From Dehalococcoidia bacterium (GTDB taxonomy: Bacteria; Chloroflexota; Dehalococcoidia; Lucifugimonadales; GCA-2712585), in NCBI GenBank assembly GCA_965208725.1, contig CBDBPI010000001.1:668687-732686 (forward strand): DNA of 64,000 nt, read 5' to 3'. Below the pieces are notes generated by a model, which worked only from the letters and a program-made list of their open reading frames with translations, was not told the DNA's origin and ran no database searches. A program made the position numbers and the translations under genes. This document shows, in pieces, positions 1 to 9,669 of this stretch. How positions within the stretch are numbered: the stretch's first letter is position 1; each line of letters begins with the position of its first letter.

Positions 1-236
1 TTCCGGTTGTCGTCGAAGGAGAGGCCGATGACCATGTCTGCGCGTTCCACGCCGCCCTTTCGCATGTTTTCCATGAGATTATCCCCGCCAGAGAGCACGT
101 AGCCGGGGAGGTTGGGGTTTTGCAGGTAAGGGCAACGCTCATGTTCGTCGACCACAACCACCTCATGTCCCTGTCTGACCATGGTGGCAGCCACGTGGCG
201 GACAAGATTGCCGCAACCCAATATCAGTACGTGCAC
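1..236 (-). CDS. TrkA-N/KTN-type NAD-binding domain protein, N-terminal fragment (gene continues beyond the window start)
   Basis: My own minus-strand translation from GTG 236..234 reads VHVLILGCGNLVRHVAATMVRQGHEVVVVDEHE. This is a Rossmann GxGxxG start as in TrkA-N domains. The fragment is too short for the ORF track. Confidence 0.55.
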   Translation of the reverse strand, partial: MHVLILGCGNLVRHVAATMVRQGHEVVVVDEHERCPYLQNPNLPGYVLSGGDNLMENMRKGGVERADMVIGLSFDDNR

Positions 237-240
237 GTTT

Positions 241-690
241 CTATCCTCCCGGGAGCAGCGACGAATGAGTGCCGCTGCGCCAAATGATAACTGGACATCG
301 GGCGTTGCGAAGCACGTAGTCGGCGGTGGTGCTCATGCGAAATCCCGCGGGGTTATTTCCATAGTCTACGCCCATAATTATCATGGTTGCGGGAATGTTG
401 GCGGCTTCCTGAACTATGGCAGGGCCGGCCTCGCGGGCCTGGACTATCTCACCCTGCAGGGAAAGCCTACCTGACATAGAGAGGTGCTCGATTTCGGCCA
501 GGGCCTCCTCGCCCCTCAGGATCTCCTCTCCCACTTCGGCGTCCAGCGGATACTTCAACTGCATTTCAATCACGTAGATAGAGTGGATTCTCCCCCGTCC
601 ACCCTGCACGAAGGAACGGGCCAATTCCAACACGTCCTCATAGCCGTGGGCCCGGTTGACGGGGAGGAGAATTCTATGTTCGTCTACCAA
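241..690 (-). CDS. universal stress protein (UspA family)
   Basis: 149-aa ORF. It has an ILLPVN start and a C-terminal IIMGVDYG...STTADYVLRNARCPVII pattern typical of the Usp fold. Confidence 0.8.
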   Translation of the reverse strand: MVDEHRILLPVNRAHGYEDVLELARSFVQGGRGRIHSIYVIEMQLKYPLDAEVGEEILRGEEALAEIEHLSMSGRLSLQGEIVQAREAGPAIVQEAANIPATMIIMGVDYGNNPAGFRMSTTADYVLRNARCPVIIWRSGTHSSLLPGG

Positions 691-755
691 GGCCAGTCTC
701 GTCCGATAACACGGATGGCGTACGCTTCAACTGCTGCCATTGATTCCCTCCGCCG

Positions 756-1421
756 CTACCGGGTGGCGAGGTGGAATTTGCCCACCTGCTCGGCATTTCC
801 CGCAACCACGAGAATATCGCCGGGCATGATGGCTTCGTCCTTAGAGGGAACCAGAACACACTCCCTGCCCCTTCTGATGGCGAGAACAGCCAGGCCGTAC
901 TTGTCCCTGGGGCCGCTGAGGCCGGCCTCTTCCAGAGTCCGCTTTATGATGTTGTCGGGGGGCCTCATCTGGGTGATGCCGTAATCGGAGGCGAGAAACA
1001 TGTAGTCGATAACGCCGTCGTGGAACTCCAGGTGGGCCATGCGGCGGCCCGTCTCTTCCTCCGGATGCACCACCCTGTTGGCGCCGATGCGTTCGAGGGT
1101 GTCGCCGTGAATCTGGTTGGCGGAGCGGGCGATGATGAAGGGAATCTGAAGGCTTTTCAGGAGCACGGTGACGAGAATGCTGGCCTGCACGTCCGAACCT
1201 ATGGAGACCACGGCAACGTCGGAGTTCTGGACGCCCAACTCCTCCAGTAGGGCCCTGTTTGTGGCGTCGCCGCGCACGGCGTAGGTGACCAGGCCCATGC
1301 TGTCCTGAACGGCCTGCTCATCCGAATCTATGGCCAGAACGTCGTGGCCGGCCTGGTACAGCTCCTGGGCCATGCTGGAGCCGAAACGGCCCAAACCTAT
1401 AACTACGGCCTGCTTCTTCAT
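756..1421 (-). CDS. trkA: K+ uptake system NAD-binding subunit TrkA/KtrA
   Basis: 221 aa with an MKKQAVVIGLGRFG Rossmann motif plus a TrkA-C-like C-terminal half. It directly abuts trkH. Confidence 0.85.
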   Translation of the reverse strand: MKKQAVVIGLGRFGSSMAQELYQAGHDVLAIDSDEQAVQDSMGLVTYAVRGDATNRALLEELGVQNSDVAVVSIGSDVQASILVTVLLKSLQIPFIIARSANQIHGDTLERIGANRVVHPEEETGRRMAHLEFHDGVIDYMFLASDYGITQMRPPDNIIKRTLEEAGLSGPRDKYGLAVLAIRRGRECVLVPSKDEAIMPGDILVVAGNAEQVGKFHLATR

Positions 1422-2858
1422 CTACCCTATCCTGATGCTTTCCTGGGCGTAGCGGTAAACGGTGCCCTCCTTCTGGGGCGTCAGGGCCAGAGCGAGGGCG
1501 AGGGGGCCAAGCCGTCCCATGACCATTACCGCCATGAGCATTATTTTACCCCAAACGGTCAACAGAGGCACTATGCCCATGGAGAGGCCCGTGGTGCCGA
1601 AGGCGGACACCGTATCGAAGAGGATGTCCAGGAAGGGAAATTGGGAAGTCGCCTCGGTGAATTCGAGGGCTAGGGAAGTGACGAAGATGACGCCGACGCC
1701 GAGGACGACGACGGTAATGGCCCGGTAGACAACGAAACGGGGAATCTCCCGTCCAAAGGCTTCCGCCTGCTGCCTGCCCCGTATGGAGGAGAGGACGGTG
1801 GCGACGATTACGGCGAAGGTGCCGACCTTGATGCCACCGGCAACGGAACCCGCCGCGCCGCCGATGAACATCAACGTGATGAAGAAAAGCTTAGTGAGAT
1901 CGGTGATGCCTGTTATGTTGAGGGCGGTGAAACCCGCCGTTCGGGCGCTGATGGCCTCGAAGACGCTTACGCCGACCTTGTCGGCCACGGATCGGGCACC
2001 GATGGTCGCTTCGTTGGAGTATTCGCTGAAGAGGAAGACGGAGGTTGCCGCCAGCCAGAGAAACAGGCTGGTAACGACAATCATCTTTGTGTCCAGGTTG
2101 AACCGCTTGAAGCTGCGGCGACGGAACACGTCGACGGTGACGGCCCAGCCGATGCCGCCGAGCATTATGAGGCCGCCGACGAAGATGAGGATCGGGATTT
2201 TCGCGTCCAAGCCCTCCAGGCTGGAAGAATCGGGCACTATGGTGAGTCCGGCGTTGTTGAAGCTGGAGACGGAGAGGAAGGCGGACTGCCACAATGCCTC
2301 GCCCAGGGGGAAGAAGGAGAGCATTTGCCAAAACATGAGCAGCATTCCTACGGCGTAGATTGCCATGACAACCATGACGATGCGGCGAAGCAGCCGGATG
2401 ACGCCGCCGATTCTGTCGCCGCCCAGGGTGTCCCGGATGAGCATCCGGTCCGAAATGCTGAGGCGCTGGCCGATGACGGTGAGCAGGAAGGTAGCGAAGA
2501 CCATGAATCCGAGGCCGCCCAACAGCATGAGCACGAAGATTACGCCCTGGCCGAAGGAGCTCCAGTGGGAGGCCGTGTCCACGACGGTCAGGCCGGTGAC
2601 AGTCACAGCGGAGGTGGAGGTGAAGAAGGCGTTGACCCAGGCGGTGTGGGTGTTGTCAACAGAGGCTATGGGTAGGGCGAGGAGAACGCCGCCCAGCCCG
2701 ATTAGGAGGGCAAAGCCGTATAGGAGGATGAGGGGCGAGGCGAAGATACGCGGGGAGGGACGGCGTATTCTAAAGCGGAACACCCGAGGCCGCATGTCCC
2801 GCAGCCGGGGGCGTCGAATGATGCGTTGGTTAATCCGGCCTGGACCGTCGGTCGCCAA
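1422..2858 (-). CDS. trkH: K+ transporter membrane subunit TrkH/KtrB
   Basis: 478-aa polytopic membrane protein with four selectivity-filter-like loops (VTVTGLT, SFNNAGLT, RTAGFT, GTTGLSMG). TTG start. Confidence 0.85.
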   Translation of the reverse strand: MATDGPGRINQRIIRRPRLRDMRPRVFRFRIRRPSPRIFASPLILLYGFALLIGLGGVLLALPIASVDNTHTAWVNAFFTSTSAVTVTGLTVVDTASHWSSFGQGVIFVLMLLGGLGFMVFATFLLTVIGQRLSISDRMLIRDTLGGDRIGGVIRLLRRIVMVVMAIYAVGMLLMFWQMLSFFPLGEALWQSAFLSVSSFNNAGLTIVPDSSSLEGLDAKIPILIFVGGLIMLGGIGWAVTVDVFRRRSFKRFNLDTKMIVVTSLFLWLAATSVFLFSEYSNEATIGARSVADKVGVSVFEAISARTAGFTALNITGITDLTKLFFITLMFIGGAAGSVAGGIKVGTFAVIVATVLSSIRGRQQAEAFGREIPRFVVYRAITVVVLGVGVIFVTSLALEFTEATSQFPFLDILFDTVSAFGTTGLSMGIVPLLTVWGKIMLMAVMVMGRLGPLALALALTPQKEGTVYRYAQESIRIG

Positions 2859-2948
2859 ATTATTCCTTCTGAGTAAGACCTCTCAAGCGCCGAAATTCGG
2901 ATGTGAACAGGGGCGCCATCTGCCTGAATCAGGCAAGAATCCAACGGA

Positions 2949-2977
2949 ATTCTATGGCTAGCCAGACCAAGTGTCAA
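2949..2977 (-). promoter_or_regulatory. sigma70-like promoter for trkH-trkA (TTGACA-N17-TAGAAT)
   Basis: The minus strand reads TTGACA (2977..2972), a 17-nt spacer, then TAGAAT (2954..2949). This leaves an ~85-nt leader before the trkH TTG start. Confidence 0.45.
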
Positions 2978-3053
2978 CCGCGGAGATGCTACTTCGATGC
3001 ATCGGGAGCCGGCATTTCTGAGCGGGCGGAGCGCCGTTCGCGGATGGGTATTA

Positions 3054-3809
3054 CTAGCGGAAGAGGTCTTGCTCGGCGGGCCGGATGACTTCGGATATGG
3101 AGGCCTCGGCACGGTCGAAGCGGCAGCCCTTGAGCAGCACAGCGGGCACTCTGTCCAGCTTGCCCATAACGAGTCCGGCGGCGGCGGCCAGTTCATCGGC
3201 GACGGCGATGGTGGTGGTGCGAAGCAATCGGCCCTGGGGATCTTCGAGGCCTCGATAGTCCAGCATGGGATGAATTCCGGCGACGCCGATGGCCACGTTG
3301 ACGGCGCCCTCTCTCCAGGGGCGCCCGAAGGTGTCGGAGATGATGACGGCGATTTCCACTCCCAATGCTTCCTTTATTCGAGCCGCCAAACGGCGGGCGG
3401 AGGAGTCGGGGTCCACGGGGAGCAGGACGACGACTTCGCCGTCGGGGGCGTTGGAGGCGTCCACGCCCGCGTTGGCGCAGCGGAAGCCGTGCCTGGTTTC
3501 GGCGATGATGACGCCGCGGTCCATGCGGACGATGCGCCGGCACTCCCGCAGGACGACTTCGGTGTGTCGGGGATCGCGTTCGTGGAGGGAGGCTATTTCG
3601 ACGGCCAGGGGAGAAGGAGTCACTTCTTCAAGGTCTACCAGCCGACCCTCGGCCTTGGAGACGACTTTCTGCGCGACCACCAGAACGTCGCCGTCCTCCA
3701 GCTTCACGCCCTGTGCGGCGACGACGTCCGCAATCAAGCTACCCAGGTCGTCTCCGGGCTTAACTTCGGGCAGACCTTCGATGCCTCTGATGCGAATTTC
3801 AGGAACCAT
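3054..3809 (-). CDS. cofE: coenzyme F420:L-glutamate ligase (F420-0 gamma-glutamyl ligase)
   Basis: 251 aa. It carries the CofE signature stretches VVAQKVVSKAEGR, RHGFRCANAGVDASN and VIISDTFGRPWREG. Confidence 0.85.
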   Translation of the reverse strand: MVPEIRIRGIEGLPEVKPGDDLGSLIADVVAAQGVKLEDGDVLVVAQKVVSKAEGRLVDLEEVTPSPLAVEIASLHERDPRHTEVVLRECRRIVRMDRGVIIAETRHGFRCANAGVDASNAPDGEVVVLLPVDPDSSARRLAARIKEALGVEIAVIISDTFGRPWREGAVNVAIGVAGIHPMLDYRGLEDPQGRLLRTTTIAVADELAAAAGLVMGKLDRVPAVLLKGCRFDRAEASISEVIRPAEQDLFR

Positions 3810-3881
3810 GACGCCCGGTAGTATAATGGGTGGCGAACTACGGCGTCACGTTTGATTTGGCGAAGAAGGAGCGACGAAGGC

Positions 3882-4448
3882 TTGGTTGAAGGCAGGCGTC
3901 TATACACGAAGTATGGTGACGAAGGAGAGACGAGCCTCCTCTACGGCGGTCGGGTCTCGAAGGCCAACGTGCACTGCGAAGCCTACGGGGCGACGGACGA
4001 GACCGTCTCGACGCTGGGGCTGGCCCGCGCCCTCTCCCAGGATGAGCGAGTGCGCGGGATTCTTCTGGAGCTTGAGCGGGAGCTTTTCACCGTGGGCGCG
4101 GAGCTTGCGACGGCGCCCAGCCGATACGACACCTTCAAGCAGTATTTCACGCCGCTATCGGAGGAGATGACAGCCCGGTTGGAGGGCCTCATAGACGACC
4201 TGCAGGCGGAGGTGACACTTCCCCGCTCGTTCATCCTGCCGGGAGCGTCTCCCGCGTCGGCGGCCATGGACCTGGCGCGCACCAGCGTCCGGCGGGCGGA
4301 ACGGGACGTGGTTCGGCTGAAGGACGCGGGCGGGCTGGCCAATCCTGAGATACTGAAATACCTGAACCGGGTCAGCGACCTGCTGTTCATTCTAGCCCGT
4401 TACGAAGACCGGGACTTGCCACTGGAGAAGCTGGCAGGCGATGAGTAG
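3882..4448 (+). CDS. ATP:cob(I)alamin adenosyltransferase, PduO type
   Basis: Has the YTKYGDEGETSLLYGGRVSK N-terminus typical of PduO/MMAB. The ORF opens at 3852, but the TTG at 3882 sits 10 nt after AAGGAG and matches family length better. The start is uncertain. Confidence 0.8.
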   Translation: MVEGRRLYTKYGDEGETSLLYGGRVSKANVHCEAYGATDETVSTLGLARALSQDERVRGILLELERELFTVGAELATAPSRYDTFKQYFTPLSEEMTARLEGLIDDLQAEVTLPRSFILPGASPASAAMDLARTSVRRAERDVVRLKDAGGLANPEILKYLNRVSDLLFILARYEDRDLPLEKLAGDE

Positions 4449-5085
4449 CCAGAACGGACCCGCTTTTGCCGACTTGAAGGTGACGCTGGTGGACTACGGC
4501 TACGGCAATATCCGCAGCGTGGCGAGGGCGTTGACGAAGGCGGGGGTTTCGCCGGTGATTTCGGGGGACCCGCAGGAACTTGTGAACGCCGACGCCGCGG
4601 TGGTGCCGGGGGTGGGGGCGGCCGATTCCGCTATGAAGTCGTTGGAGCGGCTGGAGCTGGTTCCCGCGCTTCGGAAGTTCATGGAGACAGGTCGGCCCCT
4701 GCTTGGAGTGTGCCTGGGACAGCAGCTTTTGATGGACCGGACTGAGGAGGGTGACGTGCGATGTTTGGGGATGGTTCCGGGGACGGCGAAACGTCTGCCG
4801 TCGGGACAGAAGGTGCCGCACATGGGCTGGAACAGCGTGGAGTTCGTTGCCCCGCATCCGCTGTTGGAGGGCATACCCAACCCCTCCTACTTCTACTTCG
4901 TCCACAGCTACTACGCCCAGCCGGATGAGTCATCGAGGGAAGTGGGCATGACCGAATACGGGGTCAGATTTTGCAGCATGCTGGCGAAGGGAAATGTCGC
5001 GGCAACCCAGTTCCACCCGGAGAAGAGCGGGCCGCTGGGTCTGCGGATCTACGAGAACTTCGTGCGGCTGGCGGCGGAAGGATAG
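4441..5085 (+). CDS. hisH: imidazole glycerol phosphate synthase, glutamine amidotransferase subunit
   Basis: 214 aa with VDYGYGNIRSV, GVCLGQQLL (catalytic Cys) and the FHPEKS motif. Confidence 0.9.
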   Translation: MSSQNGPAFADLKVTLVDYGYGNIRSVARALTKAGVSPVISGDPQELVNADAAVVPGVGAADSAMKSLERLELVPALRKFMETGRPLLGVCLGQQLLMDRTEEGDVRCLGMVPGTAKRLPSGQKVPHMGWNSVEFVAPHPLLEGIPNPSYFYFVHSYYAQPDESSREVGMTEYGVRFCSMLAKGNVAATQFHPEKSGPLGLRIYENFVRLAAEG

Positions 5086-5091
5086 ACCGTC

Positions 5092-5811
5092 GTGGAGGTG
5101 ATTCCCGCCATCGACCTGAAGGACGGCGCATGCGTGCGGCTGTACCAGGGCGACTTTGAGCAGACGACGGTCTTCTCGACTGACCCAGCGGAAACGGCGC
5201 TGCGGTGGGAGCGGGCCGGGGCTGCACGCATTCACGTAGTGGACCTGGAGGGGTCACGCTCCGGCATTCCGACGAATCTGGAGGCAATTAGGGCTATCGT
5301 GGAAGCGGCGTCTATTCCCGTGCAGGTGGGCGGGGGCATCAGGAACATCGAAACGGCGCGGACGCTGCTGGAAGCAGGGGTGGAGAGGGTGGTGCTGGGC
5401 ACGGCGGCGGTGGAGAACCCGGAGCTGGTGAAGGAGATATGTCGTCGATGGGGGGCGGAGCGGGTGATCGTTGCCGTTGACGCGAGAGATGGGAAGGTGG
5501 CGACCTGGGGGTGGACGGAAGACACCTCGGTGGACGCCACAGAGTTGGTGAAGGAGATGGCGGCGTTGGGACCTCAACGGTTCCTGTACACGGACATCAG
5601 CCGGGACGGGACGATGAGTTCTCCCAACTTCGATGCCACGGCGGCGCTGGTGGAGAAGACGGGGATGGCAATCATCGCCTCCGGGGGTGTTTCACGCATT
5701 GACGACATACGAACGGTGGTGAAGACAGGGGCGGAGGCGGTGATTGTGGGGAGGGCGCTTTATGAGGGTTCGGTGGACCTGGCTGAGGCGATTGAGGTGG
5801 CGAGGGGTTGA
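5092..5811 (+). CDS. hisA: ProFAR isomerase
   Basis: 239 aa with VIPAIDLKDG, IPVQVGGGIR, TDISRDGT and GRALYEG motifs. It lies immediately after hisH. Confidence 0.9.
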   Translation: MEVIPAIDLKDGACVRLYQGDFEQTTVFSTDPAETALRWERAGAARIHVVDLEGSRSGIPTNLEAIRAIVEAASIPVQVGGGIRNIETARTLLEAGVERVVLGTAAVENPELVKEICRRWGAERVIVAVDARDGKVATWGWTEDTSVDATELVKEMAALGPQRFLYTDISRDGTMSSPNFDATAALVEKTGMAIIASGGVSRIDDIRTVVKTGAEAVIVGRALYEGSVDLAEAIEVARG

Positions 5812-5881
5812 TTGCGGTGAACTTGGGCACTAGTTGAGGGAAGGAAGAGTGGGCCCCCGCATGCGCGAGGGTACGGGGAAT

Positions 5882-5917
5882 CACCCCCATCTCAATCTTC
5901 CCCCGTCAAGGGGGAAG
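5882..5917. repeat. REP-like palindromic element, copy 1 (cacccccatctcaatCTTCCCCCgtcaaGGGGGAAG)
   Basis: Intergenic between hisA and pcrA. Same motif as at 36767..36803 and 45124..45162. The arms CTTCCCCC/GGGGGAAG form a hairpin. Confidence 0.5.
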
Positions 5918-5959
5918 CGGTAAGACGGAAGTGCGTTCAGGGTGACGGGAATTGGGCTG

Positions 5960-5968
5960 TGTTAGAAT
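5960..5968 (+). promoter_or_regulatory. extended -10 box (TGtTAGAAT) directly upstream of the pcrA ATG
   Basis: TGTTAGAAT ends 10 nt before the ATG at 5979, with no Shine-Dalgarno sequence in between. This implies a (near) leaderless mRNA. Confidence 0.35.
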
Positions 5969-5978
5969 CGAGTTTGAC

Positions 5979-8285
5979 ATGAGTTCAGATATACTTGACG
6001 GCCTCAATGAGGCCCAGCGTAGGGCCGTCACAATTGCAGAAGGGCCACTTCTTATCATAGCGGGGCCTGGGTCAGGCAAGACGCGGGTCATCACACATCG
6101 CATCGCATATCTAATCGAAGAGGCAGGCGTGCGGCCATGGAAGATCCTGGCCGTAACCTTCACCAACAAGGCTGCAAACGAGATGCGGCAGCGCCTCTTC
6201 AACACCAGCAACAGAGATGATGCAACTCCTCTATTATCTCCATCCGCCGATGCCGGAAGCCTCACGGTGCGGACGTTTCACTCCTTCTGCTCTACTGTGT
6301 TGCGCCGGTTCGGGCACAACATTGGGCTTGACCGGGGATTCAGCATTTTCGACACGGACGATCAGCTTGCACTGGTCAAGGCGGCGATGGAGGAGGAGGG
6401 ACTCGATCCGAAGTATTTTCCGCCAAGGGCCATCCTTGGAGTCATATCCAGGGCAAAGAGCAATCTGAAGGACGCGCAGGCACTCTTGCTTGGCGCTGAC
6501 AACGCATTCGAAGAGGCGGCAGGGCGCGTCTACGAACGTTACCAGGAGCTGCTTCACCTGAACGGGGCGGTAGACTTCGACGACCTCCTGATGCGGACCG
6601 TGGAGCTTTTCCAACAATCACCGGACACGCTGGACTACTACCAACAACGGTTTGTTCACCTGCTGGTGGACGAGTTTCAGGACACGAACGTGGCACAGTA
6701 CGAGCTGTCCAAGCAGATTTCGGGCTTCCACAAGAATATATGCGTGGTGGGCGACCCGGACCAGTCGATATATTCATGGCGCAGCGCCGACGTGCGAAAC
6801 ATTCTCGATTTCAAAAAGGACTATCCAGAGGCCAGGGTGGTGAACCTGGAAATCAACTACAGGTCGACGGGGAAAATCATCAAGGCGGCCAAGAGCGTCA
6901 TCGCCTCTAACAGGCACCGTCCGGATAAGGATATCCGAGCCTCGCGAGACGAGGGTAAGCCCCTTGTGGTGTACGAGACTTACGACTCGGGGGAAGAGGC
7001 GTATTTCGCGGCGACGCAGATTTCGAACCTGCTTCGGAGGAAGGACTTCAAACTTGCCGATTGCGCCGTTATGTACCGCACCAACGCCCAGTCGCGCGCA
7101 ATGGAGGAAGCCTGCTTACACCGAGGCATGCCCTATCACGTGGTGGGGGGAATCAAGTTTTACCACCGCGCCGAGGTGCGGGACATCATCGCCTACCTTC
7201 GTCTCATCAACAACCCGGGAGACGACGTCAGCCTGCAGCGCATCATCAACAAGCCGCGCCGGGGCATCGGCCGCAAGTCGATAGATATGATGCAGGACCT
7301 GGGTCGAGAGCATGAGTCGCCAATCTATCCGCTTTTGCGGGCGTTGGGAGAACGGAAGAAGGGGGATCCAATCCCCTATGGTCTGCCGTCACGACTTGCC
7401 AAGCCGCTTACGGCCTTCGTAACCCTGATGGAAGAACTGAGAGAGGACGCGGCGGAGATGGGGACGGTAAAGCTGCTCGACAAGCTGCTGAGAGGCATCA
7501 ACTACCAGGAGTTCCTGCGGGCCGGCGGCGAGGACTGGGAAGACAAGTGGGAGAACGTGAGGGAGCTTCGCCGAGCGGCGGCGGAGTACGACGGCATGGA
7601 GGCTGGGGAAGGGCTGACGGCGTTCCTGGAGCATCTGGCCCTGGTGGCGGAGGTGGACTCGCTGGACGAAACGGCGGACGCCATCACCCTGATAACCCTG
7701 CACCAGGCGAAGGGACTGGAGTTTCCGGTAGTGTTCATCATCGGGCTGCAAGAGGGGCTTCTGCCTCATATACGCTCCATGGACGACCCGGAGCAACTGG
7801 AAGAGGAGCGCCGGCTATTCTACGTGGGAATCACCCGCTGCATGGACCGGCTGTTTCTGACGCGGGCCTTTCGTCAGCGGGGGTACAGGGGCGACAGTGG
7901 CATCGCAATTCCTTCCCGATTCTTGCGAGACGTGCCCACAGAGCTGATTGCGGAGGTGCCGCAGATAGTCGGCAGCAGGTACGGCGGGCAGAGCTTCCCC
8001 GACTTTTCGTCAGGGGAGGCGAGCGTTGCGCCGAGACAGCGAGCCAAGTCTGCCATCGGAACCGGTAGCGCCGGATTCAACGGCGTGGGGGCGGGGGCAG
8101 ACGAGGAAGGCGATGATACGGCGTTCAAGGAGGGGGACAGGGTGCTGCACGGGGTTTTCGGCGAGGGGCTCGTGCTGAAGACGGCGGGCCAAGCGTCGGA
8201 CAGGGAGGTGACGGTGGTGTTCAGAGACGCCGGAGTGAAAAGGCTGCTGCTATCGTTCGCTAACCTGAAGAGGGTGGAAGGCTAG
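5979..8285 (+). CDS. pcrA: ATP-dependent DNA helicase PcrA/UvrD (SF1)
   Basis: Has AGPGSGKT (Walker A), VDEFQDTN, the QSIYSWRSA motif, YRS, TLHQAKGLEF and VGITR. The ORF track starts at 5952 (TTG), but the ATG at 5979 (MSSDILDGLNEAQ) is the family-typical start. Confidence 0.9.
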   Translation: MSSDILDGLNEAQRRAVTIAEGPLLIIAGPGSGKTRVITHRIAYLIEEAGVRPWKILAVTFTNKAANEMRQRLFNTSNRDDATPLLSPSADAGSLTVRTFHSFCSTVLRRFGHNIGLDRGFSIFDTDDQLALVKAAMEEEGLDPKYFPPRAILGVISRAKSNLKDAQALLLGADNAFEEAAGRVYERYQELLHLNGAVDFDDLLMRTVELFQQSPDTLDYYQQRFVHLLVDEFQDTNVAQYELSKQISGFHKNICVVGDPDQSIYSWRSADVRNILDFKKDYPEARVVNLEINYRSTGKIIKAAKSVIASNRHRPDKDIRASRDEGKPLVVYETYDSGEEAYFAATQISNLLRRKDFKLADCAVMYRTNAQSRAMEEACLHRGMPYHVVGGIKFYHRAEVRDIIAYLRLINNPGDDVSLQRIINKPRRGIGRKSIDMMQDLGREHESPIYPLLRALGERKKGDPIPYGLPSRLAKPLTAFVTLMEELREDAAEMGTVKLLDKLLRGINYQEFLRAGGEDWEDKWENVRELRRAAAEYDGMEAGEGLTAFLEHLALVAEVDSLDETADAITLITLHQAKGLEFPVVFIIGLQEGLLPHIRSMDDPEQLEEERRLFYVGITRCMDRLFLTRAFRQRGYRGDSGIAIPSRFLRDVPTELIAEVPQIVGSRYGGQSFPDFSSGEASVAPRQRAKSAIGTGSAGFNGVGAGADEEGDDTAFKEGDRVLHGVFGEGLVLKTAGQASDREVTVVFRDAGVKRLLLSFANLKRVEG

Positions 8286-8300
8286 CCGAAACAGACGGGG

Positions 8301-9185
8301 TCAGCTTTCGAAGCGTTCGCCCATCTCCTTGAGGAACTTTTCCACTTCGGGGGAAAGCTTCGTGCCCTCTTCGGCCTCGGCGGAGCGCTTGGCGGCCCTG
8401 GAGTCGTAGTGGACCTCCAGCCGTTCGATGAGGGCCTTCAAGCCCTTGTTGCGATGGACCTCGTTGTTTACTTCCAGGTACTGGCGCCTGCCCCGTTCAG
8501 GGTCTGCCAGGTCCTTGGAGAGGTCGTAGACGGAGCAGAGCACTTCCAGCAGGCGGGCCGCGCCGGAGTAGTCCTCCTCCAACTGAACATACTGGGGCAG
8601 GTGCACCATGACGCTGATGGCCTCGATGTTGCGGTCAGCGACGCCGTCGGCAACCAGGTTCACGATGGACGTGGGGCCCTGGTAGCTGCTGGGCCGGAGC
8701 TGCAAGGAACTTCCGTACTTCGTAGCCGCATCGTCGCTGCTTGAGCCGGTTACCAGCAGGGGCCGGGTGTGGGGCACGGCGTCGTACATGCCGCCGATGC
8801 GGACGTATTGCTTGACGTCCAGCTTGTCGACGATATCGAGGATGGCGTCGGTGTAATCTTCACCAAAGGACTGGGGCTCCAGGAGGTGGAAGAATAGAAG
8901 GTCCGGCGGCTCTTCGCGGATAGCGTAGTTGATGATAGTGTTGGGGATGTTGAGGACGCGGCTGCCCTCAACGGTGCGCATGATGGGCCGGTAGCGGGTG
9001 AAGTCGTAGAAATTGCCGGGTCGGGTCAGGCGGCCCAACTCCTTCGCGCCGAAGTAACGTTCCAGCTTTCTCAGAGCAATTGTCCCCACGCTGCCCACGT
9101 CGATCCATGGTCGAAGCATGGCAATTACGTGAGGATCCTTCAACTCGGGAAGGGGGTCTGCTAGCGTAAAAGCGCCTTCTTTCAT
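8301..9185 (-). CDS. PAC2 (proteasome assembly chaperone 2-like) family protein
   Basis: From MKEGAFTLADPLPELKDPHVIAMLRPWIDVGSVG. Length (~294 aa) and N-terminal pattern resemble bacterial PAC2 proteins. Start chosen at the internal ATG 9185. Confidence 0.7.
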   Translation of the reverse strand: MKEGAFTLADPLPELKDPHVIAMLRPWIDVGSVGTIALRKLERYFGAKELGRLTRPGNFYDFTRYRPIMRTVEGSRVLNIPNTIINYAIREEPPDLLFFHLLEPQSFGEDYTDAILDIVDKLDVKQYVRIGGMYDAVPHTRPLLVTGSSSDDAATKYGSSLQLRPSSYQGPTSIVNLVADGVADRNIEAISVMVHLPQYVQLEEDYSGAARLLEVLCSVYDLSKDLADPERGRRQYLEVNNEVHRNKGLKALIERLEVHYDSRAAKRSAEAEEGTKLSPEVEKFLKEMGERFES

Positions 9186-9222
9186 CCTGTAATCTTGCCA
9201 GAGGAACCCCAAATGCGCAAGT

Positions 9223-9651
9223 CTAACGGCCAGGATTCCCCCACGTCGCCGCATGAAATACACGTATGCGGATGACGGGTCGGTCTTCGAGAGTCATGGC
9301 GGAATACTGGGGGTATTTCCGGCGAAGGAGGGTTAGCGCCCAGCGATGCTCCGGGCCACGGTGAATGATGGAAGCGACGCCCCGGAGGAGGACGTACCAT
9401 AGGCGGGTCCAGTCTTCATCGTAGTGGTCAAGGAGGAGTGCGACCTTAGGGTTGGCAAGAATGTTGCGGACTCGACGGAGGTTGATGGCCCTGGCGCGCT
9501 TGGGCTTCCGGTCAATGACCGAATACAGGGTTTCACCGTCGAGGGCGTAGCAGAGGGGGATGAGGTGGGGCGAGCCTGTGGCATCGGCGGTGGCGAGACG
9601 GGCGACGGGGGTTTGGGTGAGGAGGCAGCGGAGGTTTGGAGGGATGGGCAT
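9223..9651 (-). CDS. PPOX-class (pyridoxamine 5-phosphate oxidase fold) probable F420-dependent enzyme
   Basis: 142 aa with ARLATADATGSPHLIPLCYALDG...VIDRKPK...ANPKVALLLDHYDEDW, typical of small F420/FMN split-barrel proteins. Confidence 0.65.
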   Translation of the reverse strand: MPIPPNLRCLLTQTPVARLATADATGSPHLIPLCYALDGETLYSVIDRKPKRARAINLRRVRNILANPKVALLLDHYDEDWTRLWYVLLRGVASIIHRGPEHRWALTLLRRKYPQYSAMTLEDRPVIRIRVFHAATWGNPGR

Positions 9652-9669
9652 AGTTGAGCGAATAGGGGA

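Noticed and set aside
2859-2948. The ~85-nt leader of trkH has two small hairpins (TGCCTGA-t-TCAGGCA and CCGAA-t-TTCGG). I considered it as a c-di-AMP (ydaO/kimA-type) riboswitch, which often controls K+ uptake genes.
   Set aside because: It is far too short. I could find none of the conserved ydaO elements I remember (GGGGGACCCA-like and ACGGGG/CCGAACC-type segments). At most it is a generic structured leader.
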